The translations under genes and the position numbers were made by a program. The notes below the pieces were generated by a model. The model was given only the letters and a program-made list of their open reading frames with translations, had not been told where the DNA came from and ran no database searches. A stretch of DNA of 64,000 nucleotides from an uncultured Pseudomonadota bacterium (GTDB lineage: Bacteria; Vulcanimicrobiota; Vulcanimicrobiia; Eremiobacterales; Eremiobacteraceae): NCBI GenBank assembly GCA_963736005.1, contig CAVTNB010000001.1, positions 1,696,001 to 1,760,000 of the forward strand. The letters run 5' to 3'. Positions 48,903-58,321 of this stretch are shown one piece after another; position 1 is the first letter of the stretch, and each line of letters starts with the position of its first letter.

Positions 48903-49310
48903 TCAGGCTTTTGGTGCTGTTTCGCGGGCCTGATAACGCTCGATGATAAGCAGCGCAGCGTAGCCGTCCAGCGGTTCTTTCGGAACGAGGAGTCCGCGTG
49001 GAACAAGCCGCCACAATCCTTTGGGCGGATGGTCTTCATAGTATCGTCGGCGCGCTTCGAGACTCGTGTTGCGTTCGTCCACGAGGGTCACCGGAAGTTG
49101 TGGCCAGCGCTCGTGAATGATTGCCATCACGAACTCTGACTTCGTCGCATTGCCGACACAGACCATACGGATGTTTCCATTTTTCACGTCATGCGCGAGG
49201 CGCGCCACAAGGCTCCCCGTCGGAACGATTTCGAGTGCCAACCTTGCGCCATCCACCGAGAGCACGGCGTAGCCGCACTTCATCAGACCCGGATCGACTC
49301 CGACGTACAT
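48903..49310 (-). CDS. YqgF/RuvX-like RNase H-fold nuclease
   Basis: GVDPG..KCG.AV, VGNAT, VDER.TS.EAR and P.D..AA motifs; downstream of DUF3084. Confidence 0.85.
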   Translation of the reverse strand: MYVGVDPGLMKCGYAVLSVDGARLALEIVPTGSLVARLAHDVKNGNIRMVCVGNATKSEFVMAIIHERWPQLPVTLVDERNTSLEARRRYYEDHPPKGLWRLVPRGLLVPKEPLDGYAALLIIERYQARETAPKA

Positions 49311-49335
49311 GCTTTGCGCGTCTGGCGGGTTGCCG

Positions 49336-50253
49336 CTATTTGGAGGAGACGGTGAGCTCGGCACTGAGCGGGCCTGCGGCGTAGATGTCGGTTGCCGCGA
49401 CGGCTTTGACGACCGCGGGACCGGCATTCGCGACCAATTTGGTGACGGCGCGATTGAAAACGTCCGGATCGGTCGTGGGATTATCAGCAAGCATGGGCGG
49501 CATTCCGTGATCGATGGCACTGTGGCTGATCGCGGTATTGAGGTTGAACAGCGCGGCTTGATCCGCGCTGATATTTCGACCATCGGCGACCGTTACTGAC
49601 GCAATGATCTCACCCTTGCGGTAGATCAACCCGTCTTTGTAGACCTGGAGCGAAAACTTCCAAGGGCCGCCGCGGAAGATGTTTTCACCCGCCACCGGGA
49701 TGACGATTGCCTGGGTAGGCTGCAGCGATTTGATATAGGCGGCGGTTTGCTCGATCTTTGCTTTGGCATCCGCGCTACTCACGCTCGTCCGGTATGGCTG
49801 CACGGGGAAGTTGCGCGAAAGATTCGCGACGCCCTGGAAAAGCAGTGACAGCCTGTCTTCGATCTGCGGCAGCGAATCGGTCGACCTCACGATGAATGCC
49901 GGCGTGAGGGCTTCGCCCGCGCGCAGCACGACCGGGTCTTGCAAGAGCTGATCCCGTTCGTTCGTGAGGTTCGCGATCTGCGCGTTGAGTTTCGCGATGG
50001 AGAAAAGCGCTTGGCGCGCGTCCTGCGAGACGAGCAAGAGAACACCGACGACCAAGAGCGCAATGATCATGCCGAAGCCAATGGCAAACAGCGTGCTCGT
50101 GTAACGCGGGCGCAGCCCGAAGAGCGTCATGCGCCGGCGACCCACCAAATGTCCGACGCGGTCGCCGATGTAGGCGATCACGCCTGCCACCACAACGATG
50201 CCGACGATGGTTAGAAACGCGCCAAGATCCGGAAACGAAATTGTAAGAAACAT
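49336..50253 (-). CDS. DUF3084 domain protein
   Basis: IAYIGDRVG..VGRRR.TLFGLRPRYT motif; C-terminal D....GPL. Confidence 0.88.
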   Translation of the reverse strand: MFLTISFPDLGAFLTIVGIVVVAGVIAYIGDRVGHLVGRRRMTLFGLRPRYTSTLFAIGFGMIIALLVVGVLLLVSQDARQALFSIAKLNAQIANLTNERDQLLQDPVVLRAGEALTPAFIVRSTDSLPQIEDRLSLLFQGVANLSRNFPVQPYRTSVSSADAKAKIEQTAAYIKSLQPTQAIVIPVAGENIFRGGPWKFSLQVYKDGLIYRKGEIIASVTVADGRNISADQAALFNLNTAISHSAIDHGMPPMLADNPTTDPDVFNRAVTKLVANAGPAVVKAVAATDIYAAGPLSAELTVSSK

Positions 50254-51336
50254 CTACACGCTCGCTGCCTGGCGCAACAGCCAGATCCCGGTGAGTGAGA
50301 AGACGACATTCGGTAGCCACGCCATGACAAGACTGGTCGAGGGGTTGGATTGCCCAATCGCGAGGCAAATGGTCGTCACGACATAGAACGCAAATACGAT
50401 CGCGATGCTGATCCCAAACCCCGCTCCGGATGACGAGCGTTGCGGTCGAATGCCGAGCGGAATAGCCAGAAGCGCAAAGACCAGGCACGCGAACGGGCGC
50501 GCGAGTTTGCTGTGGTAGGTGACGAGCAATCGCGCATACCGAGAAGCATCCTTGGCCTTGACGTCGCCTTGCAACAGGGTACGGATTTCCGCGCGACTCA
50601 TGTCCTCCGGCTGTTTGCCTTGCTCGATAAGCTGGCTTGGATCGGCACCAATGTCGATCGAAAGCTGTGGATTGTCGATTCTTTCACAACACGGGTCGAG
50701 CACGTATTCTGTCGCATCGAAAAATTTCCACGAGTTGCCGTGATACGCCCCTCGCGGGGCAAAAAGGAGCGAGAGGGGCGTGGAGCCGCGGAAGACCTCG
50801 ATCGTGGTATTCTGCAGCTCGTCTTTTTTTGGGTCGAACCCTTGCGCCATGGTGAGCTGCCGGTCGCCATTGGGGAGCGACGTGTTGACAATTTGATCCG
50901 TGAGAATCTGCGTGCCACCCGATTGAATCTCGCTGCGCAGAATCTCCTCGGCCTTCGTGGTGGCCGTCGGCACGATGATTTCCTGGAACCACAATCCGAC
51001 GAGCGAAGCAGCGAGTCCGACGGCTACCATCGGCGCAGCGATGCGGTACACGCTGATGCCGCCAGCGCGCATGGCTGTGATCTCAGAGTCTCCCGATAAC
51101 CGGCTCATAGCCAGCAACACGGCGAGCAACATCGACATCGGAAACGTCAAGACAAGCGTTGCCGGCAACGTATAGACAAAGTATTTTCCAGCGGCCAGGA
51201 GGCTAGCGTGCTCTTCGGAGACGAGACGCGCGATATTGAGGAGCTCGCCCGCCACGAACAACAAGGTGAAGGCAGCCAAGCCAAAGAGAAAAGGACCGCC
51301 AAGCGTCTGCACCATGTAGCGGTCGAGGATCTTCAC
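50254..51336 (-). CDS. lptF: LptF/LptG family LPS export permease
   Basis: MKILDRY, SEITAMRAGG.S, PLG and AWLPN motifs. Confidence 0.9.
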   Translation of the reverse strand: MKILDRYMVQTLGGPFLFGLAAFTLLFVAGELLNIARLVSEEHASLLAAGKYFVYTLPATLVLTFPMSMLLAVLLAMSRLSGDSEITAMRAGGISVYRIAAPMVAVGLAASLVGLWFQEIIVPTATTKAEEILRSEIQSGGTQILTDQIVNTSLPNGDRQLTMAQGFDPKKDELQNTTIEVFRGSTPLSLLFAPRGAYHGNSWKFFDATEYVLDPCCERIDNPQLSIDIGADPSQLIEQGKQPEDMSRAEIRTLLQGDVKAKDASRYARLLVTYHSKLARPFACLVFALLAIPLGIRPQRSSSGAGFGISIAIVFAFYVVTTICLAIGQSNPSTSLVMAWLPNVVFSLTGIWLLRQAASV

Positions 51337-52076
51337 AGGCGAAAACTTTCGCCCAAATAAAATTGCCGGGCTACCGGCGACTCGGCAACCTCGGATGCAC
51401 TCCCCGACACCTGGATCTTTCCGCGGTTGAGGATATATGCTCGGTCGACAATCGCGAGCGTCTCGCGCACTGCGTGGTCGGTGATAAGAATACCGAGGCC
51501 TTTGGAGCGCAGCAAACGGATGATTTCTTGGATGTCTGCGACCGCAATGGGATCGATGCCGGTGAATGGTTCGTCAAGCAGCAAGAAGGTCGGATCGGTT
51601 GCAAGCGCACGCGCAATCTCGACTCGACGCCGCTCGCCGCCCGAGAGCGTCTCAGACATGGCCCCCGCCAGCGAGTCGAGGCCGAACTCGGCGAGCAAGA
51701 GCGGCAGACGCCGTTCTTGTTCGTGCGACGAAACGCCCCGCTGTTCCCAAATGAGCCGCACGTTATCCGCAACCGAGAGCCGTCGAAAAACCGACGACTC
51801 CTGCGCGAGATAACCGATGCCTTCGCGCGCGCGAATGTGAATGGGTTGGTGCGTGATGTCGGTTTGCGAGCCATCAGCAGACGTGAGGAGTACCGAGCCG
51901 CCGTCCGGCCGCACCAGGCCAACCACCATGTAGAATGTCGTTGTTTTGCCGGCACCGTTGGGTCCGAGCAACCCAACGACTTCGCCAGAATTTACCTCGA
52001 GACTGACGCTGTCAACGACGGTGCGTGGCCCGTACGTTTTCGTGAGCGATCGGACATCAATCGTCCGCATTTGCAT
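51333..52076 (-). CDS. lptB: LPS export ABC ATPase
   Basis: GPNGAGKTT, LSGGERRR.EIARAL, DEPF.GIDP, ITDH.VRETL and YLGE.F motifs. Confidence 0.95.
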   Translation of the reverse strand: MQMRTIDVRSLTKTYGPRTVVDSVSLEVNSGEVVGLLGPNGAGKTTTFYMVVGLVRPDGGSVLLTSADGSQTDITHQPIHIRAREGIGYLAQESSVFRRLSVADNVRLIWEQRGVSSHEQERRLPLLLAEFGLDSLAGAMSETLSGGERRRVEIARALATDPTFLLLDEPFTGIDPIAVADIQEIIRLLRSKGLGILITDHAVRETLAIVDRAYILNRGKIQVSGSASEVAESPVARQFYLGESFRL

Positions 52077-52084
52077 CTTGTCGA

Positions 52085-52666
52085 TCAGGGCTTCGCGCCT
52101 CCGCCGGGTCCTTTTCCGAAAAGTTGTATCTGCTGTAAGTCTAAGTCGGCGATCGCGCGCGTCCCCGTTAGCCGGTAGCCGCCCGGGTCTATCGCGACGA
52201 CGTGTCCGACCGCGGTCAAAAGTCGGGTCTTCTCATCGTACGTCATGTTGTCTGAGTCGAGCGTATCGCCGGCTGTCGTGCGGGCCAGCACACCGCCCGA
52301 GAGGGCGACGTCGTGGCTGCCCTCGTCCACAATCGCTACCGGTGCGGTTACCGTTAGCCTCGGCTTGCCTCCTTTAAAGAAGTGCAAGGTGTTATCGTGG
52401 AACGTTCCTTGCTGCAAGTTGGTCGCATAGAGTACGCTTGCTGCTTCCAGCGTGTACTCTCGCTGACCATTCGTGATGTTGCTAATCGTGACGGGACGCT
52501 GCTTTGTCCCCTGCGCGCTGATCTGATAAACGGGTCCGGTTTTGACGCTCCCGGGCGACGGGGATTCCCGCGCGGACTGGTTGCTTGCGCACGCTGCACA
52601 ACACAGCGCAAGCGAGAGAGCGATCATCTGCGAGCGGACCAAAACCTCGGCTGCTCCCCTCTTCAT
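52085..52666 (-). CDS. lptC: LptC-like beta-jellyroll protein
   Basis: N-terminal hydrophobic/lipobox segment, beta-jellyroll pattern, directly upstream of lptB. Confidence 0.7.
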   Translation of the reverse strand: MKRGAAEVLVRSQMIALSLALCCAACASNQSARESPSPGSVKTGPVYQISAQGTKQRPVTISNITNGQREYTLEAASVLYATNLQQGTFHDNTLHFFKGGKPRLTVTAPVAIVDEGSHDVALSGGVLARTTAGDTLDSDNMTYDEKTRLLTAVGHVVAIDPGGYRLTGTRAIADLDLQQIQLFGKGPGGGAKP

Positions 52667-53904
52667 TGCACGCGCTCCATGCTTTTGCCAAGCGCGAGCG
52701 TTAGACCAAGCATGGGCCACGCGACAATGAGCAGGAAGGTGGTCACAACGTCGATCGCGTTCTGCGCCGCGGAGGCGACAAAGCCACAGACGAGTGCGGC
52801 GAACAACAACGTGCGCTCGCGATCGGCGGGATCGATCGACCTCTTGACCTTCGCGCACTCAGCGATCGCCACAATGGTAAACCATGTGGTTGCAGCCAAC
52901 CCGAGCACGCCATACTCGATGAGGATGTGCAGCGGCAGACTATGCGCGTGGACTTCATTGCTGGAGTATTCGGGCAGGCGAAAGTAAGGGTAGACGAGGT
53001 GAAAGCCAAAGGGCCCGACACCGGTCAATGCAAAACGCTGAGCAATGCGCAGGGCGCCAGCCCACACGGCCAGGCGCGACGCATTCTCGCTTGGGTCATG
53101 CGCGACGTCTCGGAATACCGTGGCGAGCAGCGCCAGCCCCACGACGGCGGCGACGACATATGCAAGTAACGGGCGTCGGCCGAATTTTTGTACGAAGAAA
53201 ACCAGCCCGAGCATGAGGCTCATGATGGCCGCACGCGATACGGAGAGGAGCAAGCCAAGCACTCCGGCAGCAGCAGCCCCAACGCCGATCGCACGCAGCC
53301 AGCCAGGCGACGCCACTTGTGCGAGCGCTATGGGAATCAAGAAAAGCAAATAGCCAGCGAGCTCGTTGGGCTGCAGAAACGTTCCGGACGCTCGGCCGTG
53401 CTCGTAGGCAAACATCGCAGGTGGCAGCTTCATAACGGACAGCACGCAAGCAATAAGTGCTGCGATCGCACCTGAGATGAGATAGCATGCCAGAAAGGCG
53501 TGGCGCGTGCTTTTGTCCCCAAGCACTTCGATCGACGCGACGAGGAGGACACAACCCCCAAGAGTCGTGACAAGAGAGAATATTCCCACTTTGGGTTCGA
53601 TGGCCCACGCGAGGGCGATAAGTTGCGACACGACGATCGCACATAGAGGGAGCCACAGCGCTTTGGGAAATTTGCGAACGCCGCGCAAGAAAAGAAATGC
53701 GAGCGAGACAAGCGTCGCGATCGCGGCTGCGCAGCCCAAGAAGAGGGCGAGCGTCCGGCTCGGATGCGGCGCGGTCGGCGGCAGCGTCCCTGCGAAAACG
53801 ATGAGCAAGGGCAAGAACGGACCGAGGACGGCGAAGGCGAACGGGGCGAGCGCCACCGGCCAGGCGGGAACGCTGCGAGTCGCTTGCATGATAGGCTGCT
53901 TCAC
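52663..53904 (-). CDS. O-antigen ligase family protein
   Basis: RASGTF.QPN.LAGYL, SRAA, R...W, G.G...F and HAHS motifs. Confidence 0.85.
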   Translation of the reverse strand: MKQPIMQATRSVPAWPVALAPFAFAVLGPFLPLLIVFAGTLPPTAPHPSRTLALFLGCAAAIATLVSLAFLFLRGVRKFPKALWLPLCAIVVSQLIALAWAIEPKVGIFSLVTTLGGCVLLVASIEVLGDKSTRHAFLACYLISGAIAALIACVLSVMKLPPAMFAYEHGRASGTFLQPNELAGYLLFLIPIALAQVASPGWLRAIGVGAAAAGVLGLLLSVSRAAIMSLMLGLVFFVQKFGRRPLLAYVVAAVVGLALLATVFRDVAHDPSENASRLAVWAGALRIAQRFALTGVGPFGFHLVYPYFRLPEYSSNEVHAHSLPLHILIEYGVLGLAATTWFTIVAIAECAKVKRSIDPADRERTLLFAALVCGFVASAAQNAIDVVTTFLLIVAWPMLGLTLALGKSMERVQ

Positions 53905-55085
53905 GGTCGGCTCGAAGCCACCGCTAATGCAGCGGCTGCAACCGCTGCGGCGCCTCCCGGAGCGCCCATGCGACTTCGGCCCACCTCGCCCATCAAGGTC
54001 ATCTGGCGTGGATCCTCGATGAGCCGCACGACCCCCCGTGCGAATTCATCCTTGTCGGATGGCAAGACGAGCAACGCGTCGCCGAGCAGCCGCTTCTGGC
54101 GCATCCGGTACCACAACATTTTCTTTGGGTTCTCGCCTGGCTCGAGCGCGGCTACCACCGGGCGCCCGGCACCAGCCGCTTGTTCGTTTGCGGTACCGGC
54201 TTGTCCGAGAACGATCTGCGATGCAGCCAGCACATCTCCGAAAGCGCCACGCACGAGCACCACTTCGAGCGAGCCGTGCGTCGCTTTGGCCACAATGCCT
54301 TCATCTCCGCCCGGATCGGGCATTGCGAATCCCTCCGAGCGCAACGCGGCGACCAAGGCAAGCGCGTCAACGCTCGGAGCGACTGCCATGAAGGCCTGGG
54401 TGGCCTGACCTCGCGATTGTAACAGCTCGGCGATGGCCATCAGGCGTCCCAGCATGGCAGCCGCGACGCGTGGCGCGTCTGCTCTGCTTCCCGGCAACAC
54501 CCCAAACCTCGCGGCTCGCGGGTCCGCCGCCACGTCCACCTGTCCGCTGCGAATGCCATCCATCATCGCATTGCCAGCGTATTCGGCGCGAATCCCGCTT
54601 GCCCGCAGCGAGAGCGCGGTCGGTTCGTCGCGAGCGAACGTGAGCATCGCCTTGCGCGCGATCCATCGCTCGATTGCCGAATGCGCAGAGACGTAATCCG
54701 ACTTGGCAGTCGCAACAAAGATCGTCGGGCGGCCCGCGACCAGGCTCATGGCGAGGCAGAAAACGTCACCGACCGCGATGATAACGCTGCGTTGTCGCTG
54801 GGCCCGCAGAAAACGATTCTGTCGCATCAAAAGTCTCAACAGGCCGCTGCGCAGATCCAAGATCAGATTTCGCAGATTGATGTTTGCGACGAGGCCCCCC
54901 GAAGGCATGTCTTGCTGCGGCCCTACGGGTTGCAGCCAAGCGTCGGCGCGGGCGCGGCCAACAAGCGGGAAGTGCTCGAGGAGGGTAGACGGGTCGAGGT
55001 TTCCTATGGCGCGCCCAATGTAGCCTGCAATTGCAGCTTCACCATACCCGTTGCTCACGAGCAAAATGTCGGTGCCCGTCTTCAC
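53901..55085 (-). CDS. Lipid-A-disaccharide synthase-related GT-B protein (TIGR03492-like)
   Basis: SNGYGE, PLVG, MPSGG, AVGD, TAKS, LPGSR, AGTANEQ and Q.RLLG motifs. Confidence 0.85.
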   Translation of the reverse strand: MKTGTDILLVSNGYGEAAIAGYIGRAIGNLDPSTLLEHFPLVGRARADAWLQPVGPQQDMPSGGLVANINLRNLILDLRSGLLRLLMRQNRFLRAQRQRSVIIAVGDVFCLAMSLVAGRPTIFVATAKSDYVSAHSAIERWIARKAMLTFARDEPTALSLRASGIRAEYAGNAMMDGIRSGQVDVAADPRAARFGVLPGSRADAPRVAAAMLGRLMAIAELLQSRGQATQAFMAVAPSVDALALVAALRSEGFAMPDPGGDEGIVAKATHGSLEVVLVRGAFGDVLAASQIVLGQAGTANEQAAGAGRPVVAALEPGENPKKMLWYRMRQKRLLGDALLVLPSDKDEFARGVVRLIEDPRQMTLMGEVGRSRMGAPGGAAAVAAAALAVASSRP

Positions 55086-55852
55086 GGAAGCCCGGCGCGC
55101 AAGCGCTCGCGCGCTTCTTCGGAATCGTTACGCCGGAGCGGAAGCAAGCGATACGAAAATATGCTCGAGGTGCCGTTGTCGATGTGCAGCTCCAGTCGTC
55201 CGACATGCGAAGCGTAGGCTCCAGGATGCGCGATTGGGATACCGTTGATCACCTGCGGCTGCCATAATGCTTCATGCGAGTGGCCACCAAGGATGGCGGC
55301 GAGACTGCCGAAACGCTGCGCGATCTCGCGATCCGCGGGCAACCCGAGATGGGAAAGAAGGATGGTGGGCGTGGCCTTTGCCGGTGGTTTGGCCAAAAAT
55401 TCTTCAAGAGCCGTCGTGGGACTCAAAAAGCGCCAGCCAAAAATTTTTTCCCACCCGCTACCGGTTCGATACTGCGGCACTAACAGCGCAAGAATGCGAA
55501 CCGGCACGCCGTTGCGCTCGACCGTCAGAGAACGCGCGAACGCGGGCTCGCGACTGCGCAAGTCAATAAGGTTCGAACACACAAGCGGCATCTGTAACTT
55601 GCGCGCGCGGGCGAGAAAGGCGCCATGCAGGTAGTGAAACTCACGGTTGCCGACCGCCATGGCCGCATATGGAGCTTTGGCGAGCTCGTTTGCGATCGGC
55701 TCGGCGTTGCGATAGAAAACCGACGAACCCGCGAGCGCATCGCCGCAATCCACGAGCAAGCTGCCGGGCTCGACAATCTCAGCCAGCCGCTCGCCAAAAC
55801 CTGCGGAAGCGTGGATGTCGGACGTGTGATAGATAACCAGGCGATCCGTCAC
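55082..55852 (-). CDS. Calcineurin-like metallophosphoesterase (5'-nucleotidase N-domain-like)
   Basis: HTSDIH, DCGD, GNREF, LSHLG and GGHSH motifs; GTGA overlaps with both neighbours. Confidence 0.85.
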   Translation of the reverse strand: MTDRLVIYHTSDIHASAGFGERLAEIVEPGSLLVDCGDALAGSSVFYRNAEPIANELAKAPYAAMAVGNREFHYLHGAFLARARKLQMPLVCSNLIDLRSREPAFARSLTVERNGVPVRILALLVPQYRTGSGWEKIFGWRFLSPTTALEEFLAKPPAKATPTILLSHLGLPADREIAQRFGSLAAILGGHSHEALWQPQVINGIPIAHPGAYASHVGRLELHIDNGTSSIFSYRLLPLRRNDSEEARERLRAGLP

Positions 55853-56997
55853 GAAGCCGCCCGCTCCTCGAGCTGGTCCACCACAAATCCGGCGATCTGT
55901 GCCAGCGTATCCGCCGGGCCGAGAGCGGCGCGAAGCGAGTCGTAGGCCTCCAGCTGCTCTCGCCGCAACGCCTCGCGCTCGAGCAAGGAGGTCGTAAGAT
56001 CGACAAGGTTCGGCACCGTAAAGCGCTCCTGCAGCAGTTCTGGAATGATCTCTCGCTCCATGACGAGGTTTGGTAAGGTGACCCGGTGCAGAAGGTGCGG
56101 AGGAAGCCTGCGCCCAGCTATACGCCGCTGCAGTGTTGACAGAACGTAGAAAGCAATTTGCGGAACTTTGACGAGTGCCGCCTCGAGCACGGCGGTGCCC
56201 GAGGCAACCCACGCGACATTGGCTGACTGCAAGGCTCGCACAGCGCTTGTCTGCGCGATGGTCAAGCTTCCCGGACCACCGCTACGACTCCACAGCGTCT
56301 CAATTCGGTTCGCAAGGCTCGGCGATGCTGCAACCGCGACGAAGGAAACGCCCACGATGCGGCCGAGCTCGCGCGCCGTGCGTGCTAGTGTCGGCACGTG
56401 GTGCTCTATTTCTTCGCGACGGCTCCCTGGCAAGACCGCGATCAGCGGTGCTTGCGATGAAGGCTGCGTGCTTCTGGGAGGGATCACGGAGACGAGCGGA
56501 TGTCCGAAGTACGCAACCCGCAAACCATTGCGAGCATAAAAGTCGCGTTGGTGCGCGAAAGGAGTCAGAGGCACGGTGAGCGCCGCAACCGCGCGAGCTT
56601 GCTCGAGGTTGTCAAGCCATGCCCCCGGCGGGAAATAGTAGACGATGGGTGCGCCGTAGCCTCCCTTGCGCAGCCAGCGCACGAGCGTCAGATTGACGGC
56701 GCCCGCGTCAACCGGAATGAACAAGCGCGGCGGACGCCGGCGCATGGCGGCCTCGAGCCGGCGCAAGACGATGTAGAGCATTGGAATTTTGGGCAGGATG
56801 GAAAGCGGTCCGATGCTCGCAAGCTCGGGCGACTCATAAGAAATCTTCGCGCCCGCTTGGCGCAGCCGCTCCCCCCCGATGCCTGCCAGCGTTAATCCAG
56901 GGTGAAGCTTCCGAGCTGCGCTCGCGAGCAATGAGGCTTGCAGATCGCCCGATGCTTCACCCGCAACGAAGAAGACATCGGCGGGTTCGTACTTCAA
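55849..56997 (-). CDS. lpxB: Lipid-A-disaccharide synthase
   Basis: AGEASGD, GIGG, YFGHPL, LPGSR.EE, ASGTA.LE, LPNL and PELLQ motifs. Confidence 0.9.
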   Translation of the reverse strand: MKYEPADVFFVAGEASGDLQASLLASAARKLHPGLTLAGIGGERLRQAGAKISYESPELASIGPLSILPKIPMLYIVLRRLEAAMRRRPPRLFIPVDAGAVNLTLVRWLRKGGYGAPIVYYFPPGAWLDNLEQARAVAALTVPLTPFAHQRDFYARNGLRVAYFGHPLVSVIPPRSTQPSSQAPLIAVLPGSRREEIEHHVPTLARTARELGRIVGVSFVAVAASPSLANRIETLWSRSGGPGSLTIAQTSAVRALQSANVAWVASGTAVLEAALVKVPQIAFYVLSTLQRRIAGRRLPPHLLHRVTLPNLVMEREIIPELLQERFTVPNLVDLTTSLLEREALRREQLEAYDSLRAALGPADTLAQIAGFVVDQLEERAAS

Positions 56998-57812
56998 CGC
57001 TTGAGAATGCCACGATCGGTTTGCTCTTGCAAGAATGCGAGGAGTTCGCGTCCTTCATCCGTGCGCACGATGTCGCGCAGGCGCTCGAGCGCGCTCGAGA
57101 GATTGAGGTTCGACCGATAGAGAACGCGATACGCTTCTTTGAGATCGGCGAGCGACTCTGGCGAGATATTGACGCGCTTGAGTCCTACCGTGTTCAGACC
57201 GTACACGACCGTGGGGTTGCCTTCCACGAGCACGAAGGGTGGGATATCCTTCACAACCCTGCTCATGCCGCCAATCATTGCCATCCGGCCGACGCGGACA
57301 AACTGGTGCACGCCCGTCATTCCCCCAATGTTCGCGCCGTCGCTGACCAAAACGTGACCTGCGAGCTGGGCGCCATTTGACATGACGACTCCATCGCCGA
57401 TCCGGCAATTATGCGCGATGTGGACGTACGCGAGCAGGAGATTGTTGTTGCCGATGACGGTTTCGGTCTGGGCCCCTGTTCCGCGATGGATGGTGACGTA
57501 CTCACGCAACACATTGTGGTCACCGATGCGCACGTAGGAAACTTCACCCCGATATTTCTTATCCTGCGAAGCAGCGCCGATGACCGCGAAGGGATGAATC
57601 TCATTGTCGCGGCCAATCACCGTGTGACCGTTGACGATGACGTTGGACAACAGCTTCGTTCCATCGCCGATGGAGACGTCGGGACCGACGATGCAAAACG
57701 GGCCAATTTCAACGCCCCGCCCAAGCTTCGCATCGGGATGGACGACCGCGAACGAGTGGATCGATAGCCTCGGACCAGTGGGAACCGAATTGCGCGCGGG
57801 TAGTGGTTTCAT
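56994..57812 (-). CDS. lpxA: Acyl-ACP--UDP-GlcNAc O-acyltransferase
   Basis: QDKKY.GE, REYVTIHRGT, HIAHNC, LAGHV, VHQF and GLN.VGL motifs. Confidence 0.96.
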   Translation of the reverse strand: MKPLPARNSVPTGPRLSIHSFAVVHPDAKLGRGVEIGPFCIVGPDVSIGDGTKLLSNVIVNGHTVIGRDNEIHPFAVIGAASQDKKYRGEVSYVRIGDHNVLREYVTIHRGTGAQTETVIGNNNLLLAYVHIAHNCRIGDGVVMSNGAQLAGHVLVSDGANIGGMTGVHQFVRVGRMAMIGGMSRVVKDIPPFVLVEGNPTVVYGLNTVGLKRVNISPESLADLKEAYRVLYRSNLNLSSALERLRDIVRTDEGRELLAFLQEQTDRGILKR

Positions 57813-58285
57813 TAGAGGTGCAGCACCGAGGCGTCCAGCCGGAAGAGACGCGTATCCGAAACGATGGAGAATGCGAGCTCAGCACTGCAGACCAATTGAT
57901 CGTCGACGCGTGCTTCGGCATTGAGTCGTCCATAGTTCATCCGAATCCACATCACGTTGACTTCCATTTCGAGCTTGTCGCCCGGAACGACAGGCCTCCG
58001 AAACTTTACTTTATCGACCCCGGCCAAATATGGCACTGAGGTGCTGGCGCTGCTGGGCTCGATGACGGTTGTGCCGCCGAGTTGCGCCATCGCTTCGATG
58101 ATCAACACGCCCGGCATCACCGGATTATTGGGAAAGTGCCCCGCAAAGAACCATTCGTTCACCGTCACGTTCTTATATCCCACCGCACGCTGTTGGGGAA
58201 CGAGTTCGGTGATACGGTCGATCAGCAAAAATGGGTAGCGGTGGGGCAGAATCTCCATAATGGAGCGGACGTCAACGTAAGCCAC
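57812..58285 (-). CDS. fabZ: 3-hydroxyacyl-ACP dehydratase
   Basis: LPHRYPFLLID, GHFP..PVMPGVLIIEAMAQ and FRRPVVPGD motifs. Confidence 0.96.
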   Translation of the reverse strand: MAYVDVRSIMEILPHRYPFLLIDRITELVPQQRAVGYKNVTVNEWFFAGHFPNNPVMPGVLIIEAMAQLGGTTVIEPSSASTSVPYLAGVDKVKFRRPVVPGDKLEMEVNVMWIRMNYGRLNAEARVDDQLVCSAELAFSIVSDTRLFRLDASVLHL

Positions 58286-58321
58286 TTTGTCTTCTCCGCG
58301 TTCTAAAGGTCAGGGACGTGC

